Translations under genes and position numbers: made by a program | The notes under the pieces: generated by a model | Seen by the model: only the letters and a program-made list of their open reading frames with translations | What the model was told of the DNA's origin: nothing | The model's database searches: none | DNA from: Psammoneis japonica | Taxonomy: Eukaryota | Direction of reading: 5' to 3' | Assembly: GCA_008632985.1 (NCBI GenBank) | Contig: QPGO01000080.1 | Coordinates: forward strand, 62,001 to 126,000 | Length of the DNA: 64,000 nucleotides | Shown here: one piece after another, positions 11,960 through 24,721 of the stretch | Numbering within the stretch: the stretch's first letter is position 1 | Layout: every line of letters begins with the position of its first letter

Positions 11960-13375
11960 AAAGAGGCAGCTCTTAAAGTGTTGATGCCAGGTTTGCCTGG
12001 AAAGTGCTCCTCAATCTTTGCTTTCTGTTTTTGTGTCACTTTGGCACTCAAGATGCCTGCATTGCTGGTGTTGACACTTTCCCAGGGACACCACAACAAG
12101 CGCCAGCACATGCCAAAGCTGCCTGTCAAAGCTGCACAGGTGCAACAAGATTCCCAAGCAAACAACCATGAGTTGTCTTTGCAACAACTCTTTTTTCCCT
12201 GCAGCTGGATCAAGCAAAAATTTCTGACAGCTCACAAGGGAGCTCCTCTCCCAAATGTGAAAAAAGCAGCCCTGCAACACACTTTCCGTGCCCTTCAGTT
12301 GGCTTGTGTGTTCTGCCTCTTTGTGGTGCTCACTTTGTTTTTGCTGCAAAGAATGAGGGAGCACCACAAATCAGACAAAGAGCAAATTGTAGTTTCTCTC
12401 AAAGCTTTTCACCCAAGAATGAGAGAACACAGCAGGCTGAAAAATGACAGCCACATGCTTTGGCACCTGGGTGGCTTGCACGCCGCAACCAGGTCTGACC
12501 AACAAAGAGTTTTGCACTCTGGCTGACAAAGTCAACAACAGCTTTGTCTCTTTGCCCAGAGTGGTGCAACCAAGCAAACAACAAGCCACACTTGTTGCAC
12601 ACTTGCAGCAACCATGCTGGAGGGCAGGCCAAGGTGGCAAAATCAAGGTTCCACAAAAAAAAACAGCAAGAAGCGCTCCAGCTTCTTCTTGCCCAACTCA
12701 GCATGTCCAATGAGGCCAGCCAGCCATGTTTGTTGTCTGCTTGCATTGCATGGCAGCTGCACCAATGCCAGGAAACTGCAATCTCAAAATGGGTGAGCGG
12801 CAAGGCAGTCTTGCTGTTGGGAGCTCCAGCCAACAGCGCGCAATGCACACACAATTCAAGAGCCTGCAGCTGCACATGGGCGCTGACAACACATCTGCAC
12901 TCCACAAGCTGAGCATCTGTGAGTGATGATGCAACCCTCTGTCTGGCTCTCCCAAGTTGGCTTGGCACACTTTCTGTTGTGACAAAGAAAAACCTTTGCA
13001 CGCTGGGGCAACGTGCTCAAAACTTTTTTGTGCATTGACCAGAACAACAAATGCCAAAAAAGTTTAAAAGTGCAAGCTCTGGCAGGTGATGACAAAAACA
13101 TCCAGTGCTTGAATTTGTGCAGAAAAATGGTGTTCACTGGCCTGAAATGCTGTTTTGATTTTTTTCTTTGTGGCGATGGCTTGGCAGTCACCAGCAGAGC
13201 ACCAGCTCACAGCCAAAGTTGGCAACGCCAAGTTTTGTCTCTCTGTGTTGCTGAGGTGCTTGCCATGAAGCTCAAGATGCCAAGCACTGGTGGCTGTCAC
13301 CCACAAATGCAAAATTGGTTGCTGTGTGAGAGCACGAAGTGACACATGCTGTGTGCCGTGGATCTTGCACTCTTT
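11960..13375. mobile_element. Degenerate unclassified repeat/TE, right part of the sequence interrupted by Gypsy element 1
   Basis: Same TpA/CpG-depleted composition as 3270-6675. Normal TpA content resumes at about 13378. Confidence 0.6.
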
Positions 13376-13655
13376 GCTACAGCAGCTGGCCGCCATTGTT
13401 TACGACCGTTTCCATCGAAACCAAAAACCAAAATGCCATGCCAGCCGGTGTCACTCAAGCCTGAGATTTTACACCATGCATGTTCCAACATACGACTATG
13501 AAGAATAAATTTAAATTAGGGGCTTATTTCTTAACCCAATGGGAAGTCATTGTCGAAAGTCACAGAGAACACTAAATAATCGTGAGCCAGCTAAAATTCA
13601 TTTATTTTTTGGAGCAAATGCAGATTGTGCTCTCATTTCGTGCTGTCTGTTAACC

Positions 13656-16600
13656 ATGAGTCCGATCCAAGGTCTTTCCCTCCTGTTACTTTTTGCAGTC
13701 CGACCGCATGATGTCCTGGGGAGCGATTGTGAGAAACAATACGGCAAAGACATACGAGTGTGTGAAGAAAGTAGGAGAGATTCGGAGTGCACATTTTTCA
13801 TGAAGTTACGGGGTGAGAGCTGCAATCAGTTTTGTGAGAGACAAGGTGGGACATGCCTCTATGCTAATCCCAATAGTAGTGAGCCATGCAAAACTTATGG
13901 AACCAACGATTGTGATGCCGGCTTCTTCGACAACATCTGCACGTGCTCGATATACAGTAACCCTCCTCCGAGACCACCACGTCCATCGACGATTTGCACC
14001 AAGAAATTTAGTGATGATATTCTGATTTGTGACGAGCAAGATTCGCACTGTATTTTTTATGTTGAGTTGGGTGGCACAAGCTGCCGAGAGTATTGTCGCC
14101 GGCGAGGTGAATCATGTGCTAAAACAAGGATCAGCGACGGAGACTACACTTGCATGAATGTTGGAGAAACGGCCTGCGACGAAGTATTTGACAGAGCCAT
14201 TTGCGAGTGTTCGCTGGATGAGACTGATCTCACACCACGACCCACCAGTGAACCGACTCACCAACCGTCACCAGAACCTACTTCATTGCCATGCCGAGAA
14301 AAATACGGAAGAGATGTTCTTGTCTGCGACGAGAATGAATCTGAATGCACCTTTTATGTCGAACTACAAGGGGATAGCTGTGACGAATATTGCGAGGCGC
14401 GTGCAGGAACATGTTTGTCAGCTAAAGCAAATATGGGCGTGGAAAGAACGTGTACCAGCTACGGAACCAACGTCTGTGAGGCCAAGTTTTTTGACAACAT
14501 TTGTACATGTTCCATGGGTAGTGATCCGCCACCAAGACCTCCGACTATGCCGACACCGTGTAGCAACAAATTCGGGGAGGATGTACTCATATGTGACGAG
14601 CAGACTGAAGAGTGTATCTTTTATGCTGAATTGAGTGGCTTGAGCTGCCGAGAGTATTGTGGCCGGCGAGGTGAATCTTGTGTAAGGACAAGGATTAGCG
14701 ACGGCGAAAATACTTGTATGAATGTTGGCGAAACTTCTTGCGACGATATCTTTGACAGAGCAATTTGCCAGTGTACGCTACTGCAAAACAATCCGGTTCC
14801 TACATCACGGCCAAGCAAGGATCCAACGCGACAGCCCACTCGATTTCCAACGCCGAACCCATCCAAATCTCCGACACCACTTCCGACAAGACCCCCAACA
14901 CCGTTACCCACCGCCAATCCAACGCTATCGCCTACTAAAGCGCCAACTGTCCCACCAACAGAGACACCATCTCTGAAGCCATCGCCAAGACCAACATCGG
15001 GACCGACATCTATTCCTACAACAGCCCCAACTAAGTCATCAACTTTGCTACCAACAAGAGCTACGTCAGTACCAACAGCCAAGCCAAGTGCAGAGCCCAC
15101 TAAACCTCCAACAGCCAGCCCAACGGAGACTCCAACGCCGCCACCATCGCCTGATCTGACAAAGCGCCCTACTTCTTTTCCGACTTCTGCACCGACAAAG
15201 TCTCCCACCATCCAACCAACGGTTTCAGGACCAACAACTCCAGAATTCGATGATCGCCTATGTGGCAAATGTGATCGCAACGGATGCTTCTCTAGTGTCA
15301 ATCCCGAAAACGAACAAAAGTGCTTGAAATTTGATTGCTTCAACCGAATAGACTGTCCTGAATATGTTTCCACGTCTGATCCACCAAATGAGTGGGAAGA
15401 ACCTCCGCTAGATCCGTTACCCCCTGAACCCGGCGAGTTTGAGGAAAAGCGAAAAACTGGCCAGGTCTGTCTGATCAATGAACATTGTGAGTCAAACGTT
15501 TGTCGAAATTTTGCTTGCATGGCTTCTGCGGCGTGTTACCCAATCAAGCACAAAAAGGCATCTCCCTTTGACGCCAACAAGATAAACATTGTGTTTGTTG
15601 GCTCTGCCTTTAACAATCACGAAGCATTTCGATCGAAAGCTATTGAGGCATACAACAAAATGAAGGAGCACAAAATGTTTGCTGCGAGCAACGAGAATCT
15701 CAATGTGTTTCTTGTGGATCCTGTCGAGTTGGACCCTTCTTTTTGCGTGTTCAATTGCGCAGGGGTAGAGAGGTTGCTTTGCTGCAATGTCGTCAAGGCT
15801 CAAAAATTGTCGAGCCATTGTTTGCCCGAGGGAGCCAACTTGCAAACTATTGTGATACATAATGACTCGAAATACGGCGGCGGCGGATACACGAGCCAAA
15901 ACCTGGCAACCATGTCGACTCATCCATTGGGTTCTCAAGTGGTGATTCATGAATTAGGTCACTCGCTCTTTGAGCTCGGAGACGAATATTCGTACGGATC
16001 GGGAGCAAACAACGACCCCAACTGCGATGAAGCAGAAGACTGTTCAAAGTGGGCTGACTTGATTGATCGGACACCCCCAGGATATCCTCCGGTCAAGTGT
16101 ATACCTGGATGCCGCAACAACAACTTCTTTGTTTCGGGCGTCACGTACATGAATGTGCTGAATGAACAAGTGGGTGCCGTGAATGATCGCTTTACATGCT
16201 GTACCTATCAAGCTCTCACGAAAAGCATGCCACCCTATTGTCGGGCATTTGATTTTGAGAAAGACTACCTGCTAAACTATTGTTTGAGCAACGATTTCCA
16301 AAACTACGGGCGTTCAAACTACGGGAACAACCCGAAACTCCTAATTACAACTGGCATGGTCCGCAAAGACAAGTCCAAGTATGTTCATGTGTCGGATCCA
16401 ATGCTGGTGGACATTCAATTGAACTACAAAAGACGCGGCCGATTCGCTGTTGCAGATCCCGTCGTCGGTCCATCGGGATTGTACCGAAAAGAACGAGTCG
16501 TTGGCAACTTCAAAAGGCTTGCTCAAGCTGCTGCGGCGGGCTTTGAGAAGGCAGTTCAAGTCAAGGTGACGTATGCCACCAAGGGTAGAGAACGTTTCTT

Positions 16601-16781
16601 CTTCTCGACGAATACAACTATTGAGGTTCCATCGATAGCTGAGAGCTATTCAACCACTGGCGCAAATGATGATGACCTGCAGCAAAGGTCAGAGGAGGCT
16701 CAAGTAATAAACTTAGTCCTTAACGCGCAAGGAAGACGAATAAAGAATATTCGCGCCAAGATAGTTTCCACTGGAATATAG
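13656..16781 (+). CDS. Secreted M64-like (IgA peptidase family) zinc metallopeptidase with duplicated Cys-rich N-terminal modules and a Pro/Thr-rich stalk
   Basis: Signal peptide from Met 13656 (MSPIQGLSLLLLFAV). Two similar ~190-aa Cys-rich units, then PT-rich repeats. Peptidase motifs INIVFVG, YGGGG and HELGHSLFELGDEY (HExxH...DEY). Confidence 0.8.
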   Translation: MSPIQGLSLLLLFAVRPHDVLGSDCEKQYGKDIRVCEESRRDSECTFFMKLRGESCNQFCERQGGTCLYANPNSSEPCKTYGTNDCDAGFFDNICTCSIYSNPPPRPPRPSTICTKKFSDDILICDEQDSHCIFYVELGGTSCREYCRRRGESCAKTRISDGDYTCMNVGETACDEVFDRAICECSLDETDLTPRPTSEPTHQPSPEPTSLPCREKYGRDVLVCDENESECTFYVELQGDSCDEYCEARAGTCLSAKANMGVERTCTSYGTNVCEAKFFDNICTCSMGSDPPPRPPTMPTPCSNKFGEDVLICDEQTEECIFYAELSGLSCREYCGRRGESCVRTRISDGENTCMNVGETSCDDIFDRAICQCTLLQNNPVPTSRPSKDPTRQPTRFPTPNPSKSPTPLPTRPPTPLPTANPTLSPTKAPTVPPTETPSLKPSPRPTSGPTSIPTTAPTKSSTLLPTRATSVPTAKPSAEPTKPPTASPTETPTPPPSPDLTKRPTSFPTSAPTKSPTIQPTVSGPTTPEFDDRLCGKCDRNGCFSSVNPENEQKCLKFDCFNRIDCPEYVSTSDPPNEWEEPPLDPLPPEPGEFEEKRKTGQVCLINEHCESNVCRNFACMASAACYPIKHKKASPFDANKINIVFVGSAFNNHEAFRSKAIEAYNKMKEHKMFAASNENLNVFLVDPVELDPSFCVFNCAGVERLLCCNVVKAQKLSSHCLPEGANLQTIVIHNDSKYGGGGYTSQNLATMSTHPLGSQVVIHELGHSLFELGDEYSYGSGANNDPNCDEAEDCSKWADLIDRTPPGYPPVKCIPGCRNNNFFVSGVTYMNVLNEQVGAVNDRFTCCTYQALTKSMPPYCRAFDFEKDYLLNYCLSNDFQNYGRSNYGNNPKLLITTGMVRKDKSKYVHVSDPMLVDIQLNYKRRGRFAVADPVVGPSGLYRKERVVGNFKRLAQAAAAGFEKAVQVKVTYATKGRERFFFSTNTTIEVPSIAESYSTTGANDDDLQQRSEEAQVINLVLNAQGRRIKNIRAKIVSTGI

Positions 16782-16943
16782 CCAATGCCTAATCAAAGTT
16801 CTTGCTTGTATCAAACATCTAAACGGTGACCAAAGCAATTCGAATACAAAGTTCATTATTTGATAAAAAGGTACCGCTATTTTTCTTCTAAAATGTCGCA
16901 GCGAACAAAGCTGCCAACTTTTGCCAGCTTTTTGCTAAACTTC

Positions 16944-17691
16944 CTAATCGCATTCTTCAATATCCTCATCCTGAGCTGTCGCGTTCATTTCAATCCATTC
17001 TTTGTAACTTGATACGTTTTCTTGAGCTTGATCCACAAGCTGTCTCCAGTTTAAGTTCGGAATTTCTGAAACGGAACTCTTTTCAAACTTGTGCAACAGA
17101 GGCGTCTCAAAAAACAGTCTTCTCGCTGGAGTAGGAAGCGGTTTTTGTGATGCAACCAATCGGTTGGGTGATGGCGAGTACAGAGGCGACATTATGGAAC
17201 ACTTGGACGAACAGAACTCCATCCGGAGCGACCGAACGCTTTGAACAAGTTTACAAACTCTGTAGTATTCACTTGCACCACCCAACGTCTGACACAAAAC
17301 ATCTCGACGTTGACATTTCTCATTGACTTGTAGTCGTTGCTTCTTAGCAACGCGTCTCTGGACAATCTCCTTGATGACTTGACTTATTCTCGTATGGAGC
17401 GTGGTGGAGTCTAAATGTGCTTGTAGATTATTTCCTGAGCGTCGAAACAAATGGGCTTCAAGCGTTTGTGCCATTTTGGGAATGCACGGAAATGCAGCTT
17501 TTGCGTCATTGTCACGTTTCTGCTGCTGCTCCAGGAGATTCTCTCTGCAGAAAAAAGAAAACGGCCACAAAAAGCCTTTACGTGTCAGAGGAGAGGAGAA
17601 TAATAGCCTATGGTTACGATGAAACATCCTTATACTCCCAAAGGAGATTTACAAGCAATATGATGACAACCACTTACATTAGCTGCACCAT
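16944..17691 (-). CDS. Hypothetical protein with a KIX-like helical domain; probable intron 17545-17677
   Basis: IPKMAQTLEAHLFRRS...HLDSTTLHTRI resembles KIX/Med15-type domains. A GTAAGT donor at 17677 and a TGCAG acceptor at 17545 join MVQLI-ENLL in frame. The start is uncertain. Confidence 0.5.
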
Positions 17692-18376
17692 GTACCTTCG
17701 TCCCGTTTCCTCTGTAAGCAAATCCTTCTCCGACGTTCCAGTCGAAATCTTGATGAACCATCCTTGCCCTGTTGTGAATCATTATTGTGTGCAGCTGTTG
17801 TTGTTGGGCGTTCTTTGTGTGTAAGGCTCATGGCTTCAATACAAAGCATACTTTTCTCAGTTTCTTCACGTGTAATAACCCTGGGGAGAGTTGTGGTTGT
17901 GGACGAGTGCCTTGTCAATCGCATCATGGCCTTGGCTTTTGGTGATGTTCCTCCGGCATGTGCGTTGTGCAAAAAAACGCGGGGAATCTTGTGCAGTTTT
18001 GGTGACGGACATTGTCCAAGACATTTCTAAGGAGAAAGTATTTAAGGATAGAATATGTTAAGCATTTAATAGACGAATCTTGTTTTCTGTCAGAATATTG
18101 TCTTTACCCTAATTAGATTTCAAAAGGCAATACATAGACATAGTTTTCCAATCGAAGTTTTCCCGTGCTTTTTTCTCGGAGAAACCGTGTCGCATGACTC
18201 TTCAATGAGTCATAGATAATTTGTCCGGAGTAAAACCATCATGTCCATCGTAGAGCGTCTGTACTTGTTTGACATACTGCATAAAAATGAGAATCTTCTC
18301 AAATCAATCAGAAATAATGACTGTTTTGGATGTCGAAATATTTAGTCCGTGCCACGTCACGTTGGTGTACGGTACC

Positions 18377-18384
18377 TACCGGTA
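18377..18384. promoter_or_regulatory. Palindromic TACCGGTA motif in a GTAC-rich divergent intergenic region
   Basis: The same 8-mer recurs at 24362, 24378 and 26052, each time in intergenic DNA upstream of a gene start. Confidence 0.3.
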
Positions 18385-18661
18385 TGTCACGACTCACGAC
18401 ACGACACGCTGTCCGTTCGTTTTGTCTCCCGGTAGACTAGGTATCATCTACTGTAGTCTACGGTACATCATACGTACTATCATCTATCATGCATCCCTTG
18501 TCTCTCTACTAGTAGGTACAGTACAGTACTCTCACGCCGAATGCATGGAAGCCACTATATGCTCTAGAAGTAGCTATGAATTGCACTGGTGTCACTTTGA
18601 GATTGCTTCCTGCCGTAAGATATACCAGAATGCCGTAGAAAGAGGCCCCAGCCACAGTTAC

Positions 18662-20050
18662 ATGCACAAGAGTCGTCACAAGCAACTGAAAACAGCCACC
18701 TTTTGGAAGAAGGATTTCCTCCAGTCTGACTCCAAAGAGGTGCCTGATTGTGCTGGTAACGCTCCGTGTTCTCATGATCGAGAGACCCACCATGATACCC
18801 ACTCTTAGACTGTTGTTTTCGACAGATGGCCGACAAAGCCATGCCGTCGTGAAACGACCAAACGAGGTTGATGACTACTGTGTGCCACCGCTTGTGCCCG
18901 ACAGACTAATACTTGAAGATCCCATCCTCAACAACACGTCGTCGTTATCCGCCGTGCTGCCAGTTTATTGTCTTCCGGACGTGGACGAGATTGGTTCCGA
19001 AATGGGACACTTTTTGTTACCGGGAATTCAATATTCGTCTCGTTTGACTCGGGTTCGTCATTCACCCTTTCTCCAAGACGATACTAAGATTGCATCATCG
19101 TGGGTAGTGGAAATGGGGGAGCTAGGAAGGAAACACTGGTGTAAAAACATTACGGACTTGGCGAAACGCACCATTCAAGAATACAAGATAAACATGTCTG
19201 CGCAAAATGGAACAACAAATACAATGCCAGGATGGAACATTCACATTTTTGATTGGGATGATTGGGGTGGTCTTGTGTTTTGCAAATCCATCGTAAGAGT
19301 CGTACCGCGCCACAATGTATACTATCACAAGCGATCCATGGTGCATGGCCGAGCCGTGGACCATGAAAGCAAGCACATTATCCTTGGTCATGTGGCAACC
19401 TACAAAAATGGAAGCGCTACAGTGGTCATCCCGTGCAACACTTTCCCTATGCCGTCCGACCCGACATGATTCGGCTAATTGGAGAAATAATTACCAAGGA
19501 CAACCTCTTTGCCAACAAGACATTGCCAACTGAGTCGTGTGGCAATGTCGATCCGAGCCTTTTGGAACGACCATTGGATGTGGCACACTTTTGGGAGGAC
19601 TCGGTAGATGAGAACGCTCGTCTTCGCAATGGTGTCAATAAAGTACTGAGAGAAATAATGTACCACAAGAATATATCAGCTCATGCCGGAAAAGTCGGAC
19701 TTCTTGGAGACGAGGGACGGCTATCGGCCAGTTATGACTATGCCAAGGCCATGCTTCAATACAAGATTGTGGTTGTATGCCAGAGGGATTGGCACGAAGA
19801 CAACTATCGACTCTTTGAAGCACTCACGAGTGGAGCCATGGTCATGGCGGACGTCATGTTGTTACTCCCAGAGGGTCTCCGGGATGAGGAGAGTGTCGTC
19901 TTGTATTCGAGTCTAAACGAGTTGAAGCAAAAGATTCTATACTATCTGGATGATGAGAATAGAGACAGCCGAATTAAGATTGCGAGAGAGGGGAGACGAG
20001 TGGCATTTGACCGGCACCTACCATGGATTCGAATGAAGATGTTATTTTGA
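18662..20050 (+). CDS. Glycosyltransferase (Glyco_trans_1_2/CgeB-like C-terminal domain), frameshifted in this sequence
   Basis: YKIVVVCQRDWHEDNYRLFEALTSGAMV...YSSLNELKQKILYYL..R..IAREG. ORFs 18750-19469 and 19433-20050 join if one base is added at the A5 run 19404-19408. The 5' end is uncertain. Confidence 0.65.
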
Positions 20051-20571
20051 GAGCAGAAGACCCAAGAGAAATACTGCTGGAAAACTGAATTGAATTCTCT
20101 ACTAGTCAAGTTCCAGTGTTTCAGCGAATCACTTCGTTCCCACCAATAATGGCATCGATGAGAACTAGCACCACGGACGACGCAGCTCCACTAGAGGAGC
20201 AAGCCAATGTTGGTGCCCCGCAGGCTTGGTTCAACATATCATTGATTTCGGGGAGAGGTTTACAGAACGCAAAGCAGCAACCGCAGAGCAAGCCACAGCC
20301 AGCAGTGGCTGAAGCTCAAGATGCAAATGCTTTTGTTCGGTGTCCTTCTCCACGTGAAGCGCAAAATGAGAAATGTCGGCGTAGACTAGATGGATTCCGA
20401 CATGAGCTAGGAGCTAGCCGAAGAAGCAATTCCACCAGCGATGGACATGAAAGGAACAAACAACGAACGAGTAGTAGCTAGAGTAGAGAGTAAACTCCAG
20501 CCCTTCTCTAGCAAGCTAGTCACACCACGACTGATTAGGGGCAGCTCGAAGTTTGCGACAAGGAGTGAAGA

Positions 20572-23500
20572 CTACTCTTGTGCAAGTAACTCACGAACAA
20601 CCTGAACCACCTCGCCACATTCTCTCTGCAGCCTTTGTGCATCTTCAAAATCTCTCGATGCGGTAATTCGCTTTAGTATGGCGCTGTCTAGTTCCTTCCG
20701 TAACTCTTGCAGAAGAACTGAAGCAGTCTTTTGCCCTTTATCACCAATTTTGAACTTGAGCCAACCGTCGACAATGACCGCATTGTTGTCTTTAATTTCA
20801 ACCTCTCCGCCAAAGAGTAGAATCGAGTATCTTGAAACAAAATTGATTTCACTCAAGAAACACTCTTCTCGCTGCTTTTTCGACCTATTCAATTCTGCGG
20901 AAGACACTTTGCTTGTACCCACCGTTCGATGCTTGCTATGAAAGACAACATAGGCATCCTTGCCGCTTTCTGACGCATTTCGAATTCTTTTTGCTTGGAA
21001 GGAGCTTGAACTTGGACGACAGGCGCTGCCATCCTTCGTAATGAGACGTCCGCCACGAATACGCTGAGCCTTATTTGGGCGCAGCAGAGTTGCAATGTTT
21101 GGATAAATACCAGCCACAAGGCAACAGCTTGTCAGTAGAGCGTCATCATTGCAGGTAGATGATAATGTGCGACTAGTAGGAGGTAGATCATCACCTTGTC
21201 GTGTCGCTTGGTCTCTCAAGAAACCGGCATGGACAAGAGACTGTCGAAACTGGTTTCGAAGGTTGAACATTTCGCAAAGACAACTATGGTCCAATGCGTG
21301 ATCGCGTGCAAACTGCTTCCTCTCCTTGCTATTACTACATGAGGACCATGCGTTGTACGCAGCAATCACTCCAATAATGTCGCCCTTGACGGTTCCACCT
21401 CTCCATGATTCGCCACCAAATCCCTTTCGTATTATTTCTTCCTGTAAATCCCTTGCTGACGTACTTTCTGTTTCTTTTGTTGATTTGTTGAGACGAATGT
21501 TCAACCAGCACGTCTTGGTAGTACACAAGGCGGCAGCGACGGTCAAGGATGGCTCCAAGCATCCTAAGACACACCCAACGATTAGAACCTTTCCAACCTT
21601 GGCATCCATGGGAAGGTGAGAAAGGTGATAGCCCAGTGGCGTCAGACGAAACAAGGAGTCCTTCCCATCCTTGGAGACCAAGGTCAGAGCACCTGCCTCC
21701 AAGAGGTGTTGGCACGCAAATTGAACCTGCCTTGCGGTCGGTGGTTCAGGGGACTGCTCAAGGAAACGGACCGGCGAAGTTCCATCATGGTTTCACCTTG
21801 ACTTGACGACACCTTTGCTTTTGCGTCTCTAAGACTCTCGTCTAGCAAACATACTTGCAAAATCAATTCATCCAAAGGGGTACGGAAAATCTCGGGAGAC
21901 GTCCGGCGTGGCATGTGTCTCTGGCTAAAGTCGCTCGTGTACAGTTTGTAACAAACGCCCGGCCCGGTCCGTCCCGCCCGGCCCGCACGTTGTGTCGCAG
22001 ACGCTTGGCTCGTCCAAACTGTAGTGAGTTCGTTGATTCTTGTCGACGAATTGAAACGACTTTCCTTGACACGTCCGGTATCGATCACAACGGATACGTC
22101 AGGTATCGTGATGGAGGTTTCCGCAACATTAGTAGCCAAGACAATCTTTGTACCTTCCGCTACGGGTCGGAAGGCAGACAGCTGTTCCGATCGGTGCGTT
22201 TTAGAATGCAGAGAGACAATCCTACATCTGTCTTTGTTTCCGACAACTGGGTCGTTCCTCAAGGTGCTGGCGAGAGATTCAATTTCACCCTTTCCCGGCA
22301 AAAACACTAGAATCGATCCACTCGCTTGGTGTGAACGGTCAGGCTGAGTCGGTTTCGACCTTTGCTTCGAGTCTGTCCCCTTCAGTATCCCCACAATTAA
22401 TTTGCAAATGAAAGGATTGTCAATCTCTGACTGTGCCCGAGGAGACAAGGTGTGATGCGGATCTTGGTCTTGAGCTGATGTTTCAAGGTCGTCATCCGTT
22501 TGGCCACCACCGTTCACGACTGCTCCACTGTTCCATCCTTCAAGTCGTGCACGAGCCACACTCTCACATTCGGGCAGAAAACAGGTTGCTACCGGAAATG
22601 TTCGGCCGGGTATGGAAATCACTTGAGGGGGCGGTTCCTTCATGTCACTATTACACCGAAATAGTCTACAAACAACTGTGGAGATGCAGTAGCCGACATG
22701 AGCACAATCTTGAGGTTCTTTTGTTTTTGAAGAAGAATCTTGAGCAGCGTCAAGCAGAAATCTGTGTTCAAATCTCTTTCATGCACTTCGTCGATCAGCA
22801 AAAACAACAACGAGAAAGAGACAGCCCGTCCCTGTCAGTCTCGTTTGGGTCGTTGACCAGCATACGAACAAGAATCCCAACTGTACAGTACACCAATTTC
22901 GTGGTGGACGGACTCATGGCTCGGTCGAGGCGCACTACATAACCAACTTGTGACTCGGGTTGACCTGGTGCTGGACACGACCGTTCACTCGCGACGCGGT
23001 CTGCCAAGGACATGGCCGCAAGACGCCGCGGCTGAGTCACGAGCACCATGTCGTTGTGGAACTCATCAACATTGGATACCTGCCCTTGTGCTTGTAGGCC
23101 TTCGAGAATAAATTGTGGGACCTGCGTACTTTTACCACAACCTTGTCAATTTTTTTAAAGGAGAAAACCAGACAATCATAGTCATTATTTTGCAATGTTG
23201 GAGTCCAAGAATTCTCGCTCACACTTTACTTACCCGTTTCACCACAAATGATCAAGACGCGTGTCGTATCCAAGGTTGTCAGAATCTTCTCCCGAAAAGC
23301 TGCCGCTGGTAATTCAGCCCGACTGGATGAGAGAGGCTCCAAATTTTGAAGTGAATCAGAGAATTTGATTGGAATTGTCATCTTGTGATTCTTCTGAATG
23401 TCTTTGTCTTTCGCTTTGTTTGCACTGCTGTACCTTTTCTGTTGTGCATAAATTCTCTTGACACCATCAAGCACATCATATGTCGGAGATTCTGAAGGTA

Positions 23501-24170
23501 CTGCGGTCTCATTAGCGTCGAGACCCGTCTTTTCTAGCTCTTTATCACTCGTTTCGTCTTCTTGGTACATAACATACAAGACTGAGCCGTCCTTGATTGC
23601 TTGTAAATCGGAGTCTAGAGTCACCTCTACTTTGTTTTGAACCATAAATATTCGATTCGGTTGTTGTTTGAGACGCAACTTGGACTTGGCTTCCTGCGCC
23701 ACTTGCTCCACGGTGGAGGATCGTTTCATTACCACTACTTTTCGTAGTGAGCCTTCTTTCCAACAAGATGAAGCTCCCATAGATTTTTTCTTGGACTGTT
23801 TCTTTGGAATGGCCTGTACAAGTTGAATTCGGACCTTTTTGCTGTTGTTGCTCGCTTTTTGGCCGCTACTGCTGCTGCTGTTGATCATTTCTTTCTTTTT
23901 CGCAAAAGAGGACGCTGTCTGTTTTTTATTAACTTGTTGAGATAAAGTGCATCGTTCGTGACATTCCAACAAGCGCTTGACAAATTGCTTTTGATTTCGT
24001 TTCGCATCGTGATTGGAAAGTGTGCTATTGTCGCCTTTGTTGTTGTTGTTTTTGGGCAAGAGCGGATTGGTTTCGTCGCGAACATTTTGCAACAGGGTAA
24101 TGATTTTCTCTTGAACTTCATTGCTCATGGATGCTCTGCCTCCGCCTTTGATATTCGATGACGATGACAT
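20572..24170 (-). CDS. DEAH-box RNA helicase (DHX36/DHX57/DHX29-like); intron 23142-23233 and three apparent 1-bp frameshifts
   Basis: Spliced GETGCGKSTQVPQ, then TQPRRLAA, IDEVHER, LMSAT, ILVFLPG, ATNVAETSITI, QRAGRAGR, an HA2 region (LTPLGYHL) and an OB-like C-terminus. Confidence 0.9.
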
Positions 24171-24361
24171 GGTGTGTTTTGTAGCTGTATAGACCCTCTA
24201 GACTTACAATGAGGAACCGGGAGGAAGCGTCATGTTCATGTTGACAAATTGAAAATATGAAAAGCAAATCATGGGAGCGAGAACGCGTGCGACGCGCGGA
24301 CGTTGGTGGCTTTGATGCTCGGCTCGTCCGTCCCGAAAATTTTTAAAACTCATGACGGTAC

Positions 24362-24385
24362 TACCGGTACTCTACTCTACCGGTA
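24362..24385. promoter_or_regulatory. Two TACCGGTA palindromes about 200 bp upstream of the helicase ATG
   Basis: Sequence reads ctaccggtactctactctaccggta. Confidence 0.3.
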
Positions 24386-24721
24386 TTCTAAATGCTATCT
24401 CAAGCAAGAGGCTTATGCTTATCGCATATTGCAGTAATATGGTCGTATTGTAGTTGTCGCCGTCAGAAAACAACTGCACACCTCTGTTTTCTGTTCTCGA
24501 GAAGAGCAGCACCTCAGTTACCTGATGAGGACTGAGGAGTACTCAGAGGTACAGTCATTTGCCCGTGCAAAAGAGTAGGCTATGGACTATTTACTCAAAC
24601 GCTTTGCAGTACCGTAAAATTTACAATTACAAACATTATTTTCACATCTGATCATGCAGCTACTACTGGGAGACCGGAGCGCACAAATCGAAAACATAAG
24701 AGGTCCACAATTGATACGCAT

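Noticed and set aside
14621..15520. 299-aa Gly/Val-rich minus-strand ORF (similar ones at 24777 and 26694)
   Set aside because: Antisense shadow of Pro/Thr repeat coding sequence.
20116..20481. 121-aa ORF between the GT and helicase genes
   Set aside because: Low complexity and no motif; cannot be supported as a gene from sequence alone.
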